A stretch of 64,000 nt of DNA from Obrimoposthia wandeli (Eukaryota): the NCBI GenBank assembly GCA_977020255.1, contig CDROCS010002100.1:434001-498000 (forward strand), read 5' to 3'. Every line of letters starts with the position of its first letter. The stretch's first letter is position 1. Both the position numbers and the translations under genes were made by a program. Positions 1 to 12,622 of this stretch are shown in pieces. The notes below the pieces were generated by a model. The model had not been told where the DNA came from and searched no databases. It saw only the letters and a list, made by a program, of their open reading frames with translations.

Positions 1-429
1 TCTGTTTCTCCAACATTTATGGGTCGAGTTCCGTGAGAACAGTGATAATTAAAATTGATCTGACAATGACTCCTAGAGAATATATGTGATATTTCGAGTA
101 TATATAGCTTAGATGATCTAACATAAGACGTAATTATTGGATATATGGTCAACAAAAACTTCATTATGCACTACAGAATATTTTATAACACTATTAAAAT
201 GTAACATATTCTCATTTATAAATTCTTGATAAATGTATATACAGAAAAGTGTAATTTTTAAGATATGTACAGAAGATTTCAGTTAAAACGAATTTCAGCA
301 GACCGTTGAAAAATATTCAAAAAGGCCGAAATTAGTATCAGAAAATTAAACAAAAGTGTATCAATTAATTATAAAATGTATTCGCATTTTAATTAGCTGT
401 ACGAAAAAGAATAATAATTACAATAGCAA

Positions 430-730
430 TGGCGGGTCTAAACTTAAAATCCGTACATCACTTGAAATTTGAGACACACGTTTGATCGGGCAAAGTTGGT
501 GAGAATATGAATGATAGATATGAATTATACCACTGAAAAGCAGAGAGAAATCCAAAAAGTAAAAACATCTAAACTTCTTACACAGTTAAGAAAAGACTAT
601 CTCCCCGTCCATTGTCATGGATGAGGAGTCGTATTTTACACTCAGACATGGTAAGCTACCTGGTAACAGCTATTACTATGCTACTACTCGTGGTGGTGCT
701 CCTGACAATCTCAAATTTATGACACTAAAA
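430..730 (+). pseudogene. Tc1/mariner transposase remnant
   Basis: Manual translation from ~608 gives SIVMDEESYFTLRHGKLPGNSYYY, matching the 'VMDDESYFTL..N..Y' first catalytic-Asp motif of IS630-Tc1-mariner transposases. Flanks are degraded and boundaries approximate. Confidence 0.6.
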
Positions 731-2086
731 AAAATAAAAGGAAGATGCTTGTATTTTATTTAAAAATGTATGGATTTCAGATATACATCCGTTATTATGA
801 AATTTGAAGAATAAATATTATTCTAAATGCAATAAAGGAAAATTGTATTATAAAAGAAGTTTGGAGTATTCAACAACTGACAAAATGGTCTGAAGAAGAA
901 TATTTTTGAAATATTTCATGGGGCGTTACAATATTTTAGTTTACTTTTGATGAAGGGTGAAGGGCCAAACGGATTAATTTGATAAAAATATTTTCAATAA
1001 ATATTTTAACTTCAAAAAGATAATTTTCTCTGACTAAAGTCAACTTTTGATTTGGGGACTCATGCTATTTCATGTCCTGCCAATAACACCATGTTGAATC
1101 AATAACAAAGATCATTTGGTGTAGATTATATAATGGTGCTCAGGTATGCTACTTCAAATGGTAATGGGGATAAAAATGAGACAATCAAGTAATACTTTTG
1201 TTAAGATTAGGTTTTAAATAATATTAAAATAATTAATATATTTATATTAAAATAAAAATCCTTGAAAGCAAGGTTATAATTAAAAATAAAATTAAATTAT
1301 AAAAGTAAATTCATAAGAATAAAATTAGCGAAAAAATATTAGGACCACGAAGGTCATGTGTAAACATGTGTAGTATATAAAGAAGTTAAAGTTAACCAAA
1401 AGGGCCCCCGAAAAGTTATAGAAGGTTAATTAAGAAATAGAGAAACGGAAATTAGAAAAAGAAGAATTGCTTAAGAAGAAACAGAAAACAGAAAGAAAAA
1501 GGAAATCAATTAGCCAGAATTTAGAAAAAGAAGAATCCATTAAGTCTAGACGGATTATAACGGCAGGCCTCAATCCCACGGTAAGAACACTTAATTTTAA
1601 GTGCAATTTATCCATATTAATTTAGAGTCCATTAGGAGCAGATGGCAGCTACCACAGTGCGAGGTAAATTTAGTATATATAGCAATCAGAATTGACTATT
1701 CAGGCTCGCAGAAAATAGATTAGATAAATCGGAATTGAGCACAACAAAAAGGAAACCAGAAAATATAAATCGAAATTGATAAAGAACTGTAGAAGACGAG
1801 AAAATAATTTATATAAAATTGAAACTGACAAGAGTTTTAGAAACAGAAAGCAGCGAAACTATATTGCTCGGAATCGACAAGTGGCACCGGAAGGACAACA
1901 GCTATTCCAAAGGAAAGGCCAACTCAACGAACTAACAGAGATCGGAAACACCTCAACCATCGGAACGATTAGGCAAGGACTTTGGCCAGCAACTGGAACT
2001 CAGCAAACGGAGGACCGCAGCAGCCGATTCGTCGATCGACACTAGGAAACCAAACTAAAGGTATAACATCCCGGGTAATCGCGAGT

Positions 2087-2237
2087 AATTTGAAAGTTCA
2101 TTGTTTTGTTTATAATTCTATATTCTATCAAGTTGTAAAAGTCGATAACAGTTTTAAAAGAAATTTGAAAGTTAATTGTTTCGTTTATAAGTCTATATCC
2201 TATCAAAATTATAAAAATTGATCACAGTTTTAAAAGA
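2087..2237. repeat. Tandem duplication, 75-bp unit x2
   Basis: AATTTGAAAGTT...CAGTTTTAAAAGAA begins at both 2087 and 2162. Confidence 0.85.
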
Positions 2238-2294
2238 AGAGTAAAAAATTAAATTGTCTCCGTTACATTTTTGATATTTATATCAGTTTAAACT

Positions 2295-2470
2295 ACCCAT
2301 ATCTTTAGAGCACCAGCTCTCTAAACTACTCATATTTTTGGAGCAAACAGCTCACTAAAATCAATTCTCTATTTTCAACCAATTCTTGTTTTTAGACCAA
2401 ACTGCTCACTAAAAACAATTCCCTATTCTAAACTCATTCCCTATTTTTAGAGCAACCAGCTCTCCAAAAA
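2295..2470. repeat. Degenerate tandem repeats (TTTAGAGCA..CAGCTCWCTAAA motif)
   Basis: About 4 imperfect copies of the motif are visible. Confidence 0.6.
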
Positions 2471-2889
2471 CCTAGCACTTTAACGTTGCCACCATTAGAG
2501 TAAAGACTCTAGCGATCAACCGCCCCTAACCTTAAAATCGATACGTGGTTCATCCCCACTTGTGTAGAGACTTACAGAAGTCTTAGGAATTTTATTGTAA
2601 TTTTTAGAACGTACTTAGACGTGTTAATTCGTGTTAAATTAGTGTGCTTAGTAATAAACGATTTCTTACAACTAGAAAGCGCTGTTATAAACCCTTCAGA
2701 TTAAGAAACAACAAACCTTCAGATAGAATTTGAGACAGGCAAGCATAACATTAAGTAGGCCACAACCATCTACAAGTCCTGCTTCTATAGAATTCACGTT
2801 GGGGCCCTCCACTAAAGAGGATCTATATTAGAACACAGTTTCATATAGAAACCCCAACACTTTATTAAATCAATAAATACTACCAGACA

Positions 2890-3328
2890 TACGACAGACA
2901 TGGAGTTCTAGCGGCGGGATAACGTCAGACCTCATACTGCGAAATCAGTTCTAGATAACTTTGAAATAAACGTCAATGGTCATCGTACAGTCCAGACATT
3001 TCTCCATTGAAAATATTGGGAATATTTTAAAAAAATGGTTCATGCTGGCCCTGATATAGAATGCACAAGAGATTTACTGGCTTGAACCGTATATTACACG
3101 GTTAAAATAATCGATGATGTTTTGATAATAAAAATGATGTTGTGGACAGATGTTTGAAATTTCTTTTATTTTAATTTTATTTAATGTACACTGAAAATTT
3201 CGTATTAGTGTGGTTAATTAATCGTTCATATTGTAAAATATCATTATTTATAAAATAATACAGAAATATTTAAAGTTTATATAATAACTAAAATTAAATT
3301 ATTAATCATAATTATTTCACACGGTCTG
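2890..3328 (+). pseudogene. Tc1 transposase C-terminal remnant
   Basis: Frameshifted translation RRDNVRPHTAK...SSYSPDISP..NIW matches the 'QQDNA.PH...WP..SPDL.PIEN.W' Tc1 motif. Confidence 0.7.
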
Positions 3329-4079
3329 TGGGTTCGCTCTCTAAACAATGATGTGAACATTTGTTGAAATTGTAAAAAAATTAATCACAATGTCAATTAG
3401 CAATTTAGATAGTTTAAAATAAATTGAAATTTCTATTAAGTAATTCACGCAAATATAAATTTGCAAAGAAAAATATAAGAAAATATTTTGTATTTTATTT
3501 CTTAACATCTTTAAACACATTTAATACGTTTCTTAAATGATTGACTAATGACCAATCTTTGATAAGCAGAATTGACGATTTAAGTAGAAGTTGTTTAAAA
3601 AGAATATTTTAAACCGTTGTACAAAACTGGCTTTTAATTTTTTAAATGATACATAACGCCGACTAGGCCGTTATTTGCAAGGCTATCATTGCAGAGTTTT
3701 ACCTATAACTTGAAAATTGGATTCTTAAGTCTGGAACTAGTACTGAAGCACATTTCAACTTTTTCGATAAATTATTTATAACAATTATTGTCTGATAAAC
3801 ATTTATTACCACAACAAAAACAATTAAAAACTTCAGACATAATTGTAAACTGATATAAATAAGGAAAATAAAGTTAATTGTAAGCTTTCGTAAGTGTATT
3901 CAACACTGTATCAGAGAGAAAAGATGGTAATCTGAGGAGGCTGAATGGGGTGAGTATGGTTTAAGTGTAATAAATTAAAATATATGAAATAAAATAAGAA
4001 CCATTGTAATAAATATAATGTAGAAGTATTTTGAATTTATAAGATATATATTATTACATATAAAGTTATTTTGTTTACG

Positions 4080-4760
4080 TTATTATTATTTTAAGTTAAA
4101 ATGGCAATAAAATAGTATCGGAAAGTAAAACAAACAGTAAATGCATCAAAAACATTAAATATTATTATTAAGATAATGTTAGTTGAAGAACTTTACAAAA
4201 GTTCCTGAAGAAAAATAGTGAGTTTATACTTTAAAATAGTACAGATGAAGTACAGAAAGGTTACAGAATTGAAATTATGAAGTCAAGCTTTAGAAATAAC
4301 ATTAACTTTAAGAATGTGGCGCTTACTTACGAATGTAGATTCTCGTTTGACGGACCTGGCTATATTTTAGCTTAAGAGCTTGACAATGATGAATTTTGCC
4401 TTTGCAGCAAAGTAGATCTTTCAGAGGAGGCTCTATAATGATTCTTGGAACCATCGCTTATCGAAATAATCAAAGTAGTTGGCAACATTTATTGTGAAAA
4501 GTATGGGGATTTCCTGCAATCTAATATTTTACCTGGATTCTCTTCTTTCTACCAAAACGAATTATGGCTTCAGCAAGACAATGCTCCATCTCATAGATCA
4601 AACTTGGTTAAAGATTACCTTCCATCTAGTAACAAGAATTTGCTTCAATGGCCTCCATTCATTCCCAACATGTACATTATAAAATGGGCATGGGAGAAAT
4701 TAAAATATATGGTGTATGACATTTATCGTATCTATTTTTTATTTATAAATTTGTCTTATA
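4080..4760 (+). pseudogene. Tc1 transposase remnant
   Basis: NVALTYECRFSFDGP (first-Asp region) upstream, and ORF 4445 contains LQQDNAPSHRS...LLQWPPFIPNMYIIKWAWEKLKYMVY. Confidence 0.8.
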
Positions 4761-5468
4761 GTGTTTATTTTATTGTTACTTTTTTGTGTACACAATTAAT
4801 AATTCGCATTTTCGGTATAAAAATAAATTGTACTAGATTTAAAATTACAATTTTATCCAGCAAATAAAAGTATCATGGTTCATATTTAGTCCAAAATTAA
4901 TATAACATTGATGAGTATGTAGCATAATCTTTTTATAAATGTATCATATTTTTAATTTCAAATCCTTGCAAAAGTTTTATGCACAACTATTCGTTGAGTA
5001 TAGATTATGTTAGTTGCGTGACTTTGAAGTATGGAGAAAATTGAAAAAGGTTCCCAATCTGACTTGTGTGCATAGGAATGCAATAGTAGAATGCTGCTGA
5101 AATATATTGAAATTAGTCGATACAATATTACTTTTATCTGTCGTTTAGTAGTAAAATAACGTGTGAACATTCACCGTCAATTGTGCGTACATTATGGAAG
5201 CGCCTGTGAGTTACCATAAAAGTGTAGATCAGGCCCACGTTCCAAGTGGATCGCCTGCAGTTTGGTAGGTTCTTCTGTTTTTAGGAACTCACAAATTAGA
5301 GGCCTCAACAGTTAGGTACTTACTATAACCCCAACAAATCTAGCATTAACTTAAAGTCAAATCTTATCCTGAAAAGTAGTCATGCAAAAAAACTAATGAT
5401 TTACTTATAACAAAATGTTTTTTATAATGTGTTCTGTTGCTACTTTTATGATTGTAACCTACATTAAG

Positions 5469-5558
5469 CCTAATCGAGTACACGTATCTGACACCTTCTA
5501 CTCCAACATCGAATCTTGTCCCTACAACGTCACTGCTAGAGGTCAAATGGAGGTCAAG
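5469..5558 (+). CDS. Class III nucleotidyl (guanylyl-like) cyclase, catalytic-domain exon
   Basis: 90-nt exon (acceptor ...TTAAG, donor GTGAGT at 5559) encodes PNRVHVSDTFYSNIESCPYNVTARGQMEVK, the 'P.RIHVS...RG..EVK' cyclase motif. It joins in phase 0 to GKGQMQTYFI at 11780. Upstream exons were not identified. Confidence 0.85.
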
Positions 5559-5899
5559 GTGAGTTATAGTAACTAAATCATAAAAAAAAACATAACGAAT
5601 GATTTTTACTGCTTTGCATAATTTTAAACACTATTTCAAATTGTAATTTGAAATTAATAATAAATAAGATTTAAAATATACTCAAATTGAATACACATAA
5701 ACATTTATTTTTGAACTAAATTAATTTCGTCGTTCTTAAAAGAAATATTTTAAAATAAAATCAATTTGTAAAATTTTGCATAGTTTTCAGCGCATCTTTC
5801 TAACATTTGTTTCGTGTAAATAGTTTATATAAAATTTTGAAAATATTGAATTTAGATATTTCCTTTTATAAAAAGCCATTAATGCGATTAAAATGTTTT

Positions 5900-6530
5900 A
5901 AAAATGCAGCAATAGCTGCGGAGTGAAGGAAAATCAAATGTTGACATTGGGGAACAGTTAAGAATCTCAAGGTCATCTGCCAGAAATTTATGTATTTATA
6001 AACATAATAAGATTAAATCTCAAAGAGGTTCAAAAGAAAAAGTTTAAATACAATCGAAAAATAGAAGGTAAGCATGTTACCACAAATAAAATTTTGAGTA
6101 ATTGTGTTTCAAATATGTTTCAAACAATAGTTTGGAGAACATTGAATAGATTAGGATCTAAACATAGAATATGTAAGAAAAATATTAAACTTACAAAAGA
6201 TACGAAAGATGGCGAATATAGGCCATAACAAAGAGGTTCTTAACTGAGCACAATATTCAGTGATGTGAAACTGTATAAACTAGATAATCCATATTGTTTG
6301 TGTACATATACAACTGATCGTGAAAATATAACAAGGGAGTTCAGACAGTGTGATGGTGAAGGAGTTTTTGTTTGGTTCCCGGTTCTTCCCAATGGATTCA
6401 TTTTCGAAAGAATATTAAAAGAAACATTTAAATCCGATAATTACCTGAATTTACTCTAGGAAACCGCTGTTCCAATTATGAAACTTAATATATGGCGAAA
6501 CATTTCCTTATCAAGAAGGTGATGCTCCTG
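5900..6530 (+). pseudogene. Tc1 transposase remnant
   Basis: TIFSDVKLYKLDNP resembles IFSDEKKFNLDGP; HTH-like remnants upstream; multiple stops. Confidence 0.6.
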
Positions 6531-8719
6531 TTCCTAAGTCAAGAACTAACTAAGATTTTCCTGAAAACAGTTTTATCGAAAGTCAAAGATATTTGGAAAA
6601 TTATATCTGAAATCATTTATGACGAATTTAGCGAACTCAGTTAAGAAAGCTGTTACACATAAAATCATCTTCTTTATTTTCCTCAAACTCACACTCCCAC
6701 ACGCACACAAAATGTACCGAAATATGCATAAATTTCGACCTCCAATCGGCCCAAATCTATTCAATCTGAGGTTGTAATTTAAACTAAAAAACAACAACAA
6801 ATAACCATTGTAAAGATAAAGGAAAATCAAAGAAGCATGACTCTAAAGTCTCTAGACGTTATTAAAAGTTAATTGTATTATGAAATAAAAAGAAATAATT
6901 AGTTTCTAATTAAAAATAAGTCACATCGGTCTCATATTATAGTTTAAACTCTCAATATAATATGTAAAAATTAAACAAAGCTTTATAGATATAGAGAAAT
7001 AGCTGTTCGTATTCGTAATGTTTAATTTAGAATGTTTAGATTTACTAATATACCAAATTATTTTTTAAATCTCAATTTCATTTATGTTCTGTTCGTTAAA
7101 TTTTATATTTCACAACGTTTTTTCCTGTTGGGCTCAATATTCCAGAATACATTTTGATTTGCTTGCCATTTAATTGAAATTAGTCAGCCAAACTTATATT
7201 TGAGTGCTAGAGCCTGCAAAGCCACTATGTTACACAGTAATCGACAAGACTTCAACACAAGTGAATTATCACGATGAAAATCTTTAGACAGTTTCTCTCT
7301 ACCTACATTTACCGTTCGAAATAATTCACTAAAGACTGAACAGTTCACAATATGTTTTACATTTATCTTTTTACATTTCTATATTGTATTATGTCTCATA
7401 ATGTGTTTTAATTTACACGTGGAATTTTTCTGAGCTAATTGATCATTGAAATTCGTTCTTATTCAATACAATGTATTCTTATCGTTGCTATTAATTCACA
7501 TTTTTGAGTTGATAATATTCAATCCCTTTTCATTTAATTTTTTGTCAAATAAATTATTGTTACGAGATGTTAAAAGTGATCTTGGAATTTACACATTTAT
7601 TTCTCGAGCAAACTCATTCGATTTCGCAGCTAAGCAGATTTAATTAAATATGACAATGCCAAAGAATATGAGAGCCATAGTTGTTTCTGGGCTTTTATAT
7701 TCAGCGAAGCACAGTAACTAGATCAATTGTGCATCACTTATTGACTAAGTAATCTCTACTCTACGCAAATTCGGTGAAATCAAATTCACGGTCAAATTCT
7801 TTGATACAAGCACCAATACATCTTCACAAATTCAACCCGACATTCTACCAGTTTGTTAAGTCAACGAAATGGCACTGTAAAGTTTTTAAGTCAAGCACAA
7901 CTTTGTAAGTAAATGAAAAGCCAACAAAATACATTATATATATACATGTTGTGACCCTATCATTTCTTAAATGAAACTTCACAGGCTTTCTTTTTTCGAT
8001 GACCTTATAACCAGAAACCACATAGTGTCAAATCTAAGATCATTATAATGGTATTTATCTACAAACAAACAATACTTCACAAACATTGCAAATTTGACAA
8101 ATCAATCCTGTGAAAATAAGTACTTCTGATCATTCGCTTTACTAGAGATAACTATGCTCTAAATAGCAAAATTGATAGAAGCATTCCTAACTGAATGTTT
8201 AGTTAATCCCATATTATCCCATCGGCTTGTAAAAATGGTCCACTAGGCACCCGTATTAAATCGAGCAACTTCAACAAAGAAAGACACATATCGTATCCAT
8301 TCAAAATAGTTTACACATTAAATAGTAACTACAACTTCTTTGATCTTTTATAAATAAATGATATTGTGTTTTCTTAATTGGAATAATTACATCATCACAT
8401 TTATCCTTTTTCATAAAATGTCCATAGAATTGAACCAGATATTTTACCTATTTTGAACTGTATCTGAACCATATTTAGTGGAACTCATTAAAAGATACAA
8501 ATGTAGCTCTCATTTTTGTAGTATAAAATATTTTTGTCTAATATTACTTTTCATTTTTCAAAGTCTTAGATTGCATTTACTTTTAAACTGTTCACATTAA
8601 ACCACATCATTTTTTTCCTATTCAAGCTACTTTATATTAGTAATTTATTAATATTATTCTGGTAAAATTTGAAAGCAAAAATATCAGGATATATTTTTAG
8701 TTATTCAACTTTGCAATGG

Positions 8720-9250
8720 ACAAGATACCAGAGGACATACTAACTCGCTAAACCACTTTATCAATGTTCCATTCCATTTATTTATTTTACATTTTACAAG
8801 GTCTGCAAACAGGTCTATCATTCAGTTACAATCAACGACAATCTGGTACAAATGTGATAATGTTTTTGCTAAACATGCCCTCAAGCGACTGTTTATACTA
8901 AGTTGTATTCTAACAAGTGGTACTGCTGAAAACATTACGTCGGCTTTTACTAATGTCCACGACTTCCTTAAATCATGTCAAATAAATATTGTGCCACTCA
9001 TGTCAACTCCAGCAATGCTCAAAACAACAACAAAATCACAAACACTCTACTATTCTTCATTTAAGATGTGCTGATCACATTGTCAATCTGTCTATCAGGG
9101 AGGCATTCAAGGAAGCGAATTTCCTCCAAACAAGTCTGCAGTTACTTCATGAAGCAATTGATCGAGGAATTTTTTCTAGACATTGTGGGACATTGCGCAG
9201 TTTATCGTCTCACTGATTTTTAGCAATTATATCTGAACGTGGGGAGGCAA
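8720..9250 (+). pseudogene. hAT transposase remnant
   Basis: ORF 8989 contains HLRCADHIVNLSIREA, the hAT 'H.RC.AH.LNL' CxxH motif. Confidence 0.7.
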
Positions 9251-9846
9251 ATTCACATGATTCCTCTTTAATACACAATATCAGCAATCAAATTTGTTTG
9301 TACTTATCATGATAAATACTATGTTCATCTTTATTTCATGAAAATAAAGATTATTTTTAACTCTTCAAAAAATTGTTCGGGATTTTAGTAAATTTACTTC
9401 CAGGTCATTAAGCTCATGTTTTAATTAGATTTTTAAGAACATTATTGTATTCATGTATACTCATGCGATTGATAATTTGTTAGTACATTTCAAAGGCAAT
9501 ACATAGAAAACTCTTAAGATCATTTATAAGAAAAAACGAAAACCAAAAAATGTATTTAAACGTTTCTTTGAGGAAAGATTATATCAATTTCGTGAGTTAT
9601 AAAAGCAAACATGTTCATTACATAACTGACTGAGAATGTTACTTATGTAATTATTCTCTTTATAACGGCAATATCACATCTTTTACAAAACTACCAATAT
9701 TGTTGAAGGTTTCAATTAGAGTCACTTTGGAGTAGAAGACAACCTTACCATTTGTTAACGAAAGAGCTAGTATTCTTCAAAAATCAAACAATTTCATTTT
9801 TAATTTACTGGATTTGTAGTAAACGATTAAAGAATTTGAAGCCAAT

Positions 9847-9925
9847 AGGGGTTCCCAAACATTTTTGGCCGCGGAACCCTTTGGTATTATTTAAAAAATA
9901 TTGGAACCCCTACATATTTAAAAGT
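9847..9925 (+). mobile_element. hAT-type terminal sequence fragment
   Basis: TAGGGGTTCCCAAAC...GCGGAACCC resembles hAT/Charlie MITE ends. No partner end was found. Confidence 0.45.
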
Positions 9926-10411
9926 GCTTAAAACCATAAAGTGAGGAATACAAATAAAACTTATTTATAGTGAAATATGAATAAAAAAATTAAAGTTAAA
10001 CTAATGAAGTATTTATTACGTAGTTATAGTGGTCCTATGTTCTGGCAGGTAGAAGCAAGTAACGTTAATGCCAAGTTTTGTAAATGTATTTTTATTAAAT
10101 TTCAGCTCACAAAACCCTTGATTTTGTCTACAGAACCAATTTTTAGAATCCATGATAGAACCATTAGAACCATTACTTTTCACCTTCTTGCATTTTCTCT
10201 TTTAAATTTGAAAAATGTTACTCCTAATTTGCTCCTATTGTACTTATTGTATTATGTTATTTGTACAAATGTTGCAGTAAACTAATTGTGAAATGTTACA
10301 ACATAAATCCTTGTATTATCAACAATATGTTTAGTATGGAATATGACAACAGCTTCCCTAAATAAAATTCATGTAATATTCCCAGAAATAGGACAGGATC
10401 ATTGTTGATTG

Positions 10412-10442
10412 CTTTGTCCTGAAAGACACACATCCCCCTACT
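10412..10442 (-). mobile_element. Orphan 31-bp copy of the Maverick terminus
   Basis: CTTTGTCCTGAAAGACACACATCCCCCTACT is the exact reverse complement of 54671-54701. Confidence 0.85.
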
Positions 10443-10677
10443 ACAATCATATTGCAACTTTTTGCAAGTTATGTGTAATACATATCTTTATTCTAAGATT
10501 TTAATAAACAATTTCTATTAACAAATTCAAGTTCTTGGAAAAATTTATAAACATGAAATAGTTTTTGATGATGAAAAATAGCTCAATAGTACAGATTTCA
10601 AAATGAGACTATGACAAGTAAATCTAAAAAGTATCCATTACCGAAATTTAAACCCTCAAACACTGTTACTCAACGTA

Positions 10678-10956
10678 CAGTCAGACCTCTACATAACGAA
10701 CACTCTACATAATGAACACTTTTTTTTAACGAACGGTAAACCAAAAAAAAAAAAAAACCAAAAAAAAAAGAAAAACATTTTAGCTTCTAAAAAACCAAAA
10801 GACATTACTGACTATTTGGTTAGGAAAAAATAAATACATGTCTTATTGTAGTTTATTTTGTTTTATAAATAAAAGTTTATTAAATTGTTCGTTCCTTTTT
10901 TTAACGAACATGGAATTTTTTGAAAAGTTGGTGTTCGTTATGTAGAGGTCTGACTG
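10678..10956. mobile_element. pogo/Tigger-like MITE (279 bp)
   Basis: Perfect 26-bp TIRs CAGTCAGACCTCTACATAACGAACAC (10678-10703 and 10931-10956), flanked by TA on both sides. Confidence 0.92.
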
Positions 10957-11779
10957 TACTTGGAATATTTATACTTTTACAAACGATTTTATATTCCCCA
11001 CATTTCAGAACTATATTACTTGATTTATTTGAAATCTTCAAATTTTAAAATAAATTGATTAAATTTAAATTTAAATGAAATATTGTTAAAATTATAATGG
11101 ATAAGTCATTGGCGACAATTATTGAATATGAAGAAAATATATTTGTAAATAAGAATACATTTTTTAAACCCAGTTAGAACCGAATCTAACTAAAGCTTAT
11201 AATCAAATTTATATATACTAGTATATCAGAACCAATACTAGTAGGAGGTACTCGTGTACCTCTAATTAAAGCCATTTGGGTTCAACAAGAAAAAATAAAT
11301 ATGGAGATATTATCAATGTTCCTATCGAATATCCAATGTGTCTCCCAGTGAGTTCTGTCATTAACAATTTCTCAATTTCTCAACAATTTCTTCAATCATT
11401 TCATTATCTTCCACAGCATCTTCAATTACTTCGTCATCTTAGTCGACTGCCACAGTATATTTATTGTCCTAAGATTGTTACAAAAACCTCCTTAAACATA
11501 TTTTCTTTTTTAAAATATTTGAAACTTTTATGCTAGTTTCTAAATAAATATATTATAAAAATAAATGTTAGATTTACAGTAATATCTCATCCGCCATATT
11601 CGCCGGATGTATCCACTAGAGTAATACCCTTTCTCACCACTCTAAACACAGTCACTAGAGAATATGTATGAAAATTTCCCTTTTTATCATCCCTTGGTTT
11701 GACAATAAACCTGACATAACTGTGAATAATGTAAATGATTATTTAAATAAATAATTTCACTGATATTCAAATTCTGCAG

Positions 11780-12056
11780 GGAAAAGGTCAAATGCAGACG
11801 TACTTCATTGACTCGCGGAAGGAAGACGATGCCTATTTGCAGTTTAAGGAACTTCTGGAAGATGATCGTATGATCGAGGAATCGAGTCCCGATGATTCGT
11901 TGTCGATCGGGTCAAGGATCAGCTCTGCATTTCTACCTGCCCTGGATATGTACTCGGGCCTGGAGGAGCGCTTGCCACCTAATACGGCAATGAATGGTGT
12001 TGTAGATTCTTCTCAGTGGATATGTTCTCCTACGGGAACTCCAACAGACAACGGAG
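11780..12056 (+). CDS. Class III nucleotidyl cyclase exon (end of catalytic domain plus tail)
   Basis: Acceptor TTCTGCAG ends at 11779. The exon begins GKGQMQTYFID, the 'GKG.M.TY(W/F)L' cyclase motif. Likely donor GTAGGC at 12057 (phase 1). GC-rich compared with its flanks. Confidence 0.85.
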
Positions 12057-12218
12057 GTAGGCTGTAGACACAATGTTCTCACAACTACACTTTTGTTATT
12101 GACAGACAACTCAGAACGGTACCTGTGCCATATAGAATCTTTGGGACCTCTCTGATTTCTTGTATTTCAGACCTTCGACATATATGATTTCTACTCACCA
12201 TAACAATCTGTCTACCAG

Positions 12219-12622
12219 CAGAAGGTGACGAGGAGATGAAGGATGTCATGTCGCAGCGCAGCAAAGAGCTGTTGTTTGAGGAGACAATGAAGCTGCTGGA
12301 AGAACAGGAGAATCTTTGCCGCAAAGACGGGGAGCTGCTGCAGAATGGGTTCAGTGAGGTGATCGACGGTGGCGCCAGTGTCGTAGACACCGAGGAGGAG
12401 CCTGAGGTGGACACTGAGGAGGAAAGCAAGATCATACAGGAGCAGCAACAACTGCCCCATTCAATCATCCGGTCCAAGAACAGCAGGCGGAAGAAGGGCA
12501 TTGTCTTCTTCGACAACAACCAGCAGATCATATCGCCACATCGTAGTGATAGCAGCAGCCACGACAAAAGTGACGGCTCCAGGACACATTCTTCCAGTAG
12601 CAGCAGTGAGTCAGACTTCTAA
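12219..12622 (+). CDS. Probable C-terminal exon of the cyclase (acidic, Ser-rich tail)
   Basis: Acceptor ...CTACCAG at 12218 is phase-1 compatible with the 12057 donor and continues into ORF 12236-12622. An optional 43-nt intron at 12606-12648 would move the stop to 12692. Exact structure is uncertain. Confidence 0.6.

Larger units (their letters stand above)
1374..2870 (+). other. LTR-like or TE-derived unit with TATA box, small introns, tandem repeats and polyA signal
   Basis: TATATAAA at ~1374. GT-AG introns at 1581-1625 (45 nt) and 1664-1703 (40 nt) splice in frame. GC-richer ORF at 1776-2045, tandem repeats at 2087-2470, AATAAA at ~2653. No recognisable protein family. Confidence 0.3.

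Noticed and set aside
5160-5335. Additional upstream cyclase exons
   Set aside because: One frame gives THKLEAST, loosely like 'SRMES', but it would require a 20-nt intron and lacks the PRYCLFGDTVN-type motif; unsupported.
5540-5558. AGGTCA..AGGTCA as a second Maverick terminal remnant
   Set aside because: It is coding sequence (RGQMEVK) of the cyclase exon ending at a GTGAGT donor.
10406-10449. TSD around the orphan Maverick end
   Set aside because: The flanks TGATTG and CAATCA are inverted rather than direct, and are short enough to be chance.
12085-12567. Minus-strand ORFs of 160 aa and 82 aa
   Set aside because: Antisense shadows of the GC-rich cyclase tail exon; no motifs.
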